DNA of 63,394 nucleotides, filler included, from Octopus bimaculoides (taxonomy: Eukaryota): the NCBI RefSeq assembly GCF_001194135.2. It is 3 parts of 3 records of this genome, joined end to end, with 100 filler letters (N's around TTAATTAATTAA, not from the genome) between each part and the next. Parts side by side here need not be neighbours in the genome. Positions count along the whole stretch, not along the records: positions 58,357 to 63,394 come from NW_026425481.1; 2 more parts are not named here. One strand, written 5' to 3'. The notes under the pieces are model-generated. The model did no database searches. It saw nothing but the letters and a program-made list of their open reading frames with translations, and was not told where the DNA came from. Every line of letters begins with the position of its first letter. Position 1 is the first letter of the stretch. Shown here one piece after another: positions 63,128 to 63,394 of the stretch. The position numbers were made by a program, and so were the translations under genes.

Positions 63128-63394
63128 ATGTATGTATGTGTACACAGACACTCAACATAAGAAAGTAGAACACTAAATAGGCGAAGAGAGAAAGCAAAAG
63201 AGAAAATGTTGGTATATATATGTATGTGTGTGTGTGTGTGTGTGTGTGAAATCAAAGAGAGAGATAGAGAAGAGAAACAGACAGACAGATACAATTGCCC
63301 CAGTACTCTGATCGTGTACTGAATGTAAAGAGGAGGTGTTTTTCAGAAGTGGAATGGAGGATGTAAAGAATAGCAAAAAAAAAAAAAAAAAAAA

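Overview
AT-rich, gap-ridden animal genomic DNA. The repeat content (tRNA-headed CORE-like SINEs, abundant (TA)n/(CA)n, TTAGGG tracts, several mariners) points to a cephalopod such as Octopus; this is an inference. The only host gene I can reconstruct with confidence is a + strand tetraspanin with six canonical GT-AG coding exons at 11266-29579 (219 aa: TM1-TM3 and an EC2 with CCG and PxSCC). Its last exon(s) (GC, TM4, tail) were not found. The rest is mostly mobile DNA: a decayed GIN/Ginger-type integrase with no RT or RNase H upstream, four mariner-type elements (one possibly intact across a gap), LINE remnants (two RT fragments, an RTE C-terminus, a Penelope GIY-YIG), a solo LTR with a 5-bp TSD, hAT and piggyBac-like MITEs, two Helitron 3' ends, a (TA)n-embedded MITE family with a foldback member, two inverted-repeat elements with telomere-like cores, and 31-, 59- and 98-bp minisatellites. 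Two identical 100-bp spacers (N44-TTAATTAATTAA-N44) are artificial joins, so the window is three blocks whose adjacency is not guaranteed. A housekeeping-type promoter motif cluster lies at about 60.3 kb. A low-confidence, phase-compatible chain of minus-strand exons, including an 11-nt microexon, lies at 33.7-42.5 kb. I found no CRISPR array, rRNA or tRNA gene, and I cannot claim a clearly new biological system.
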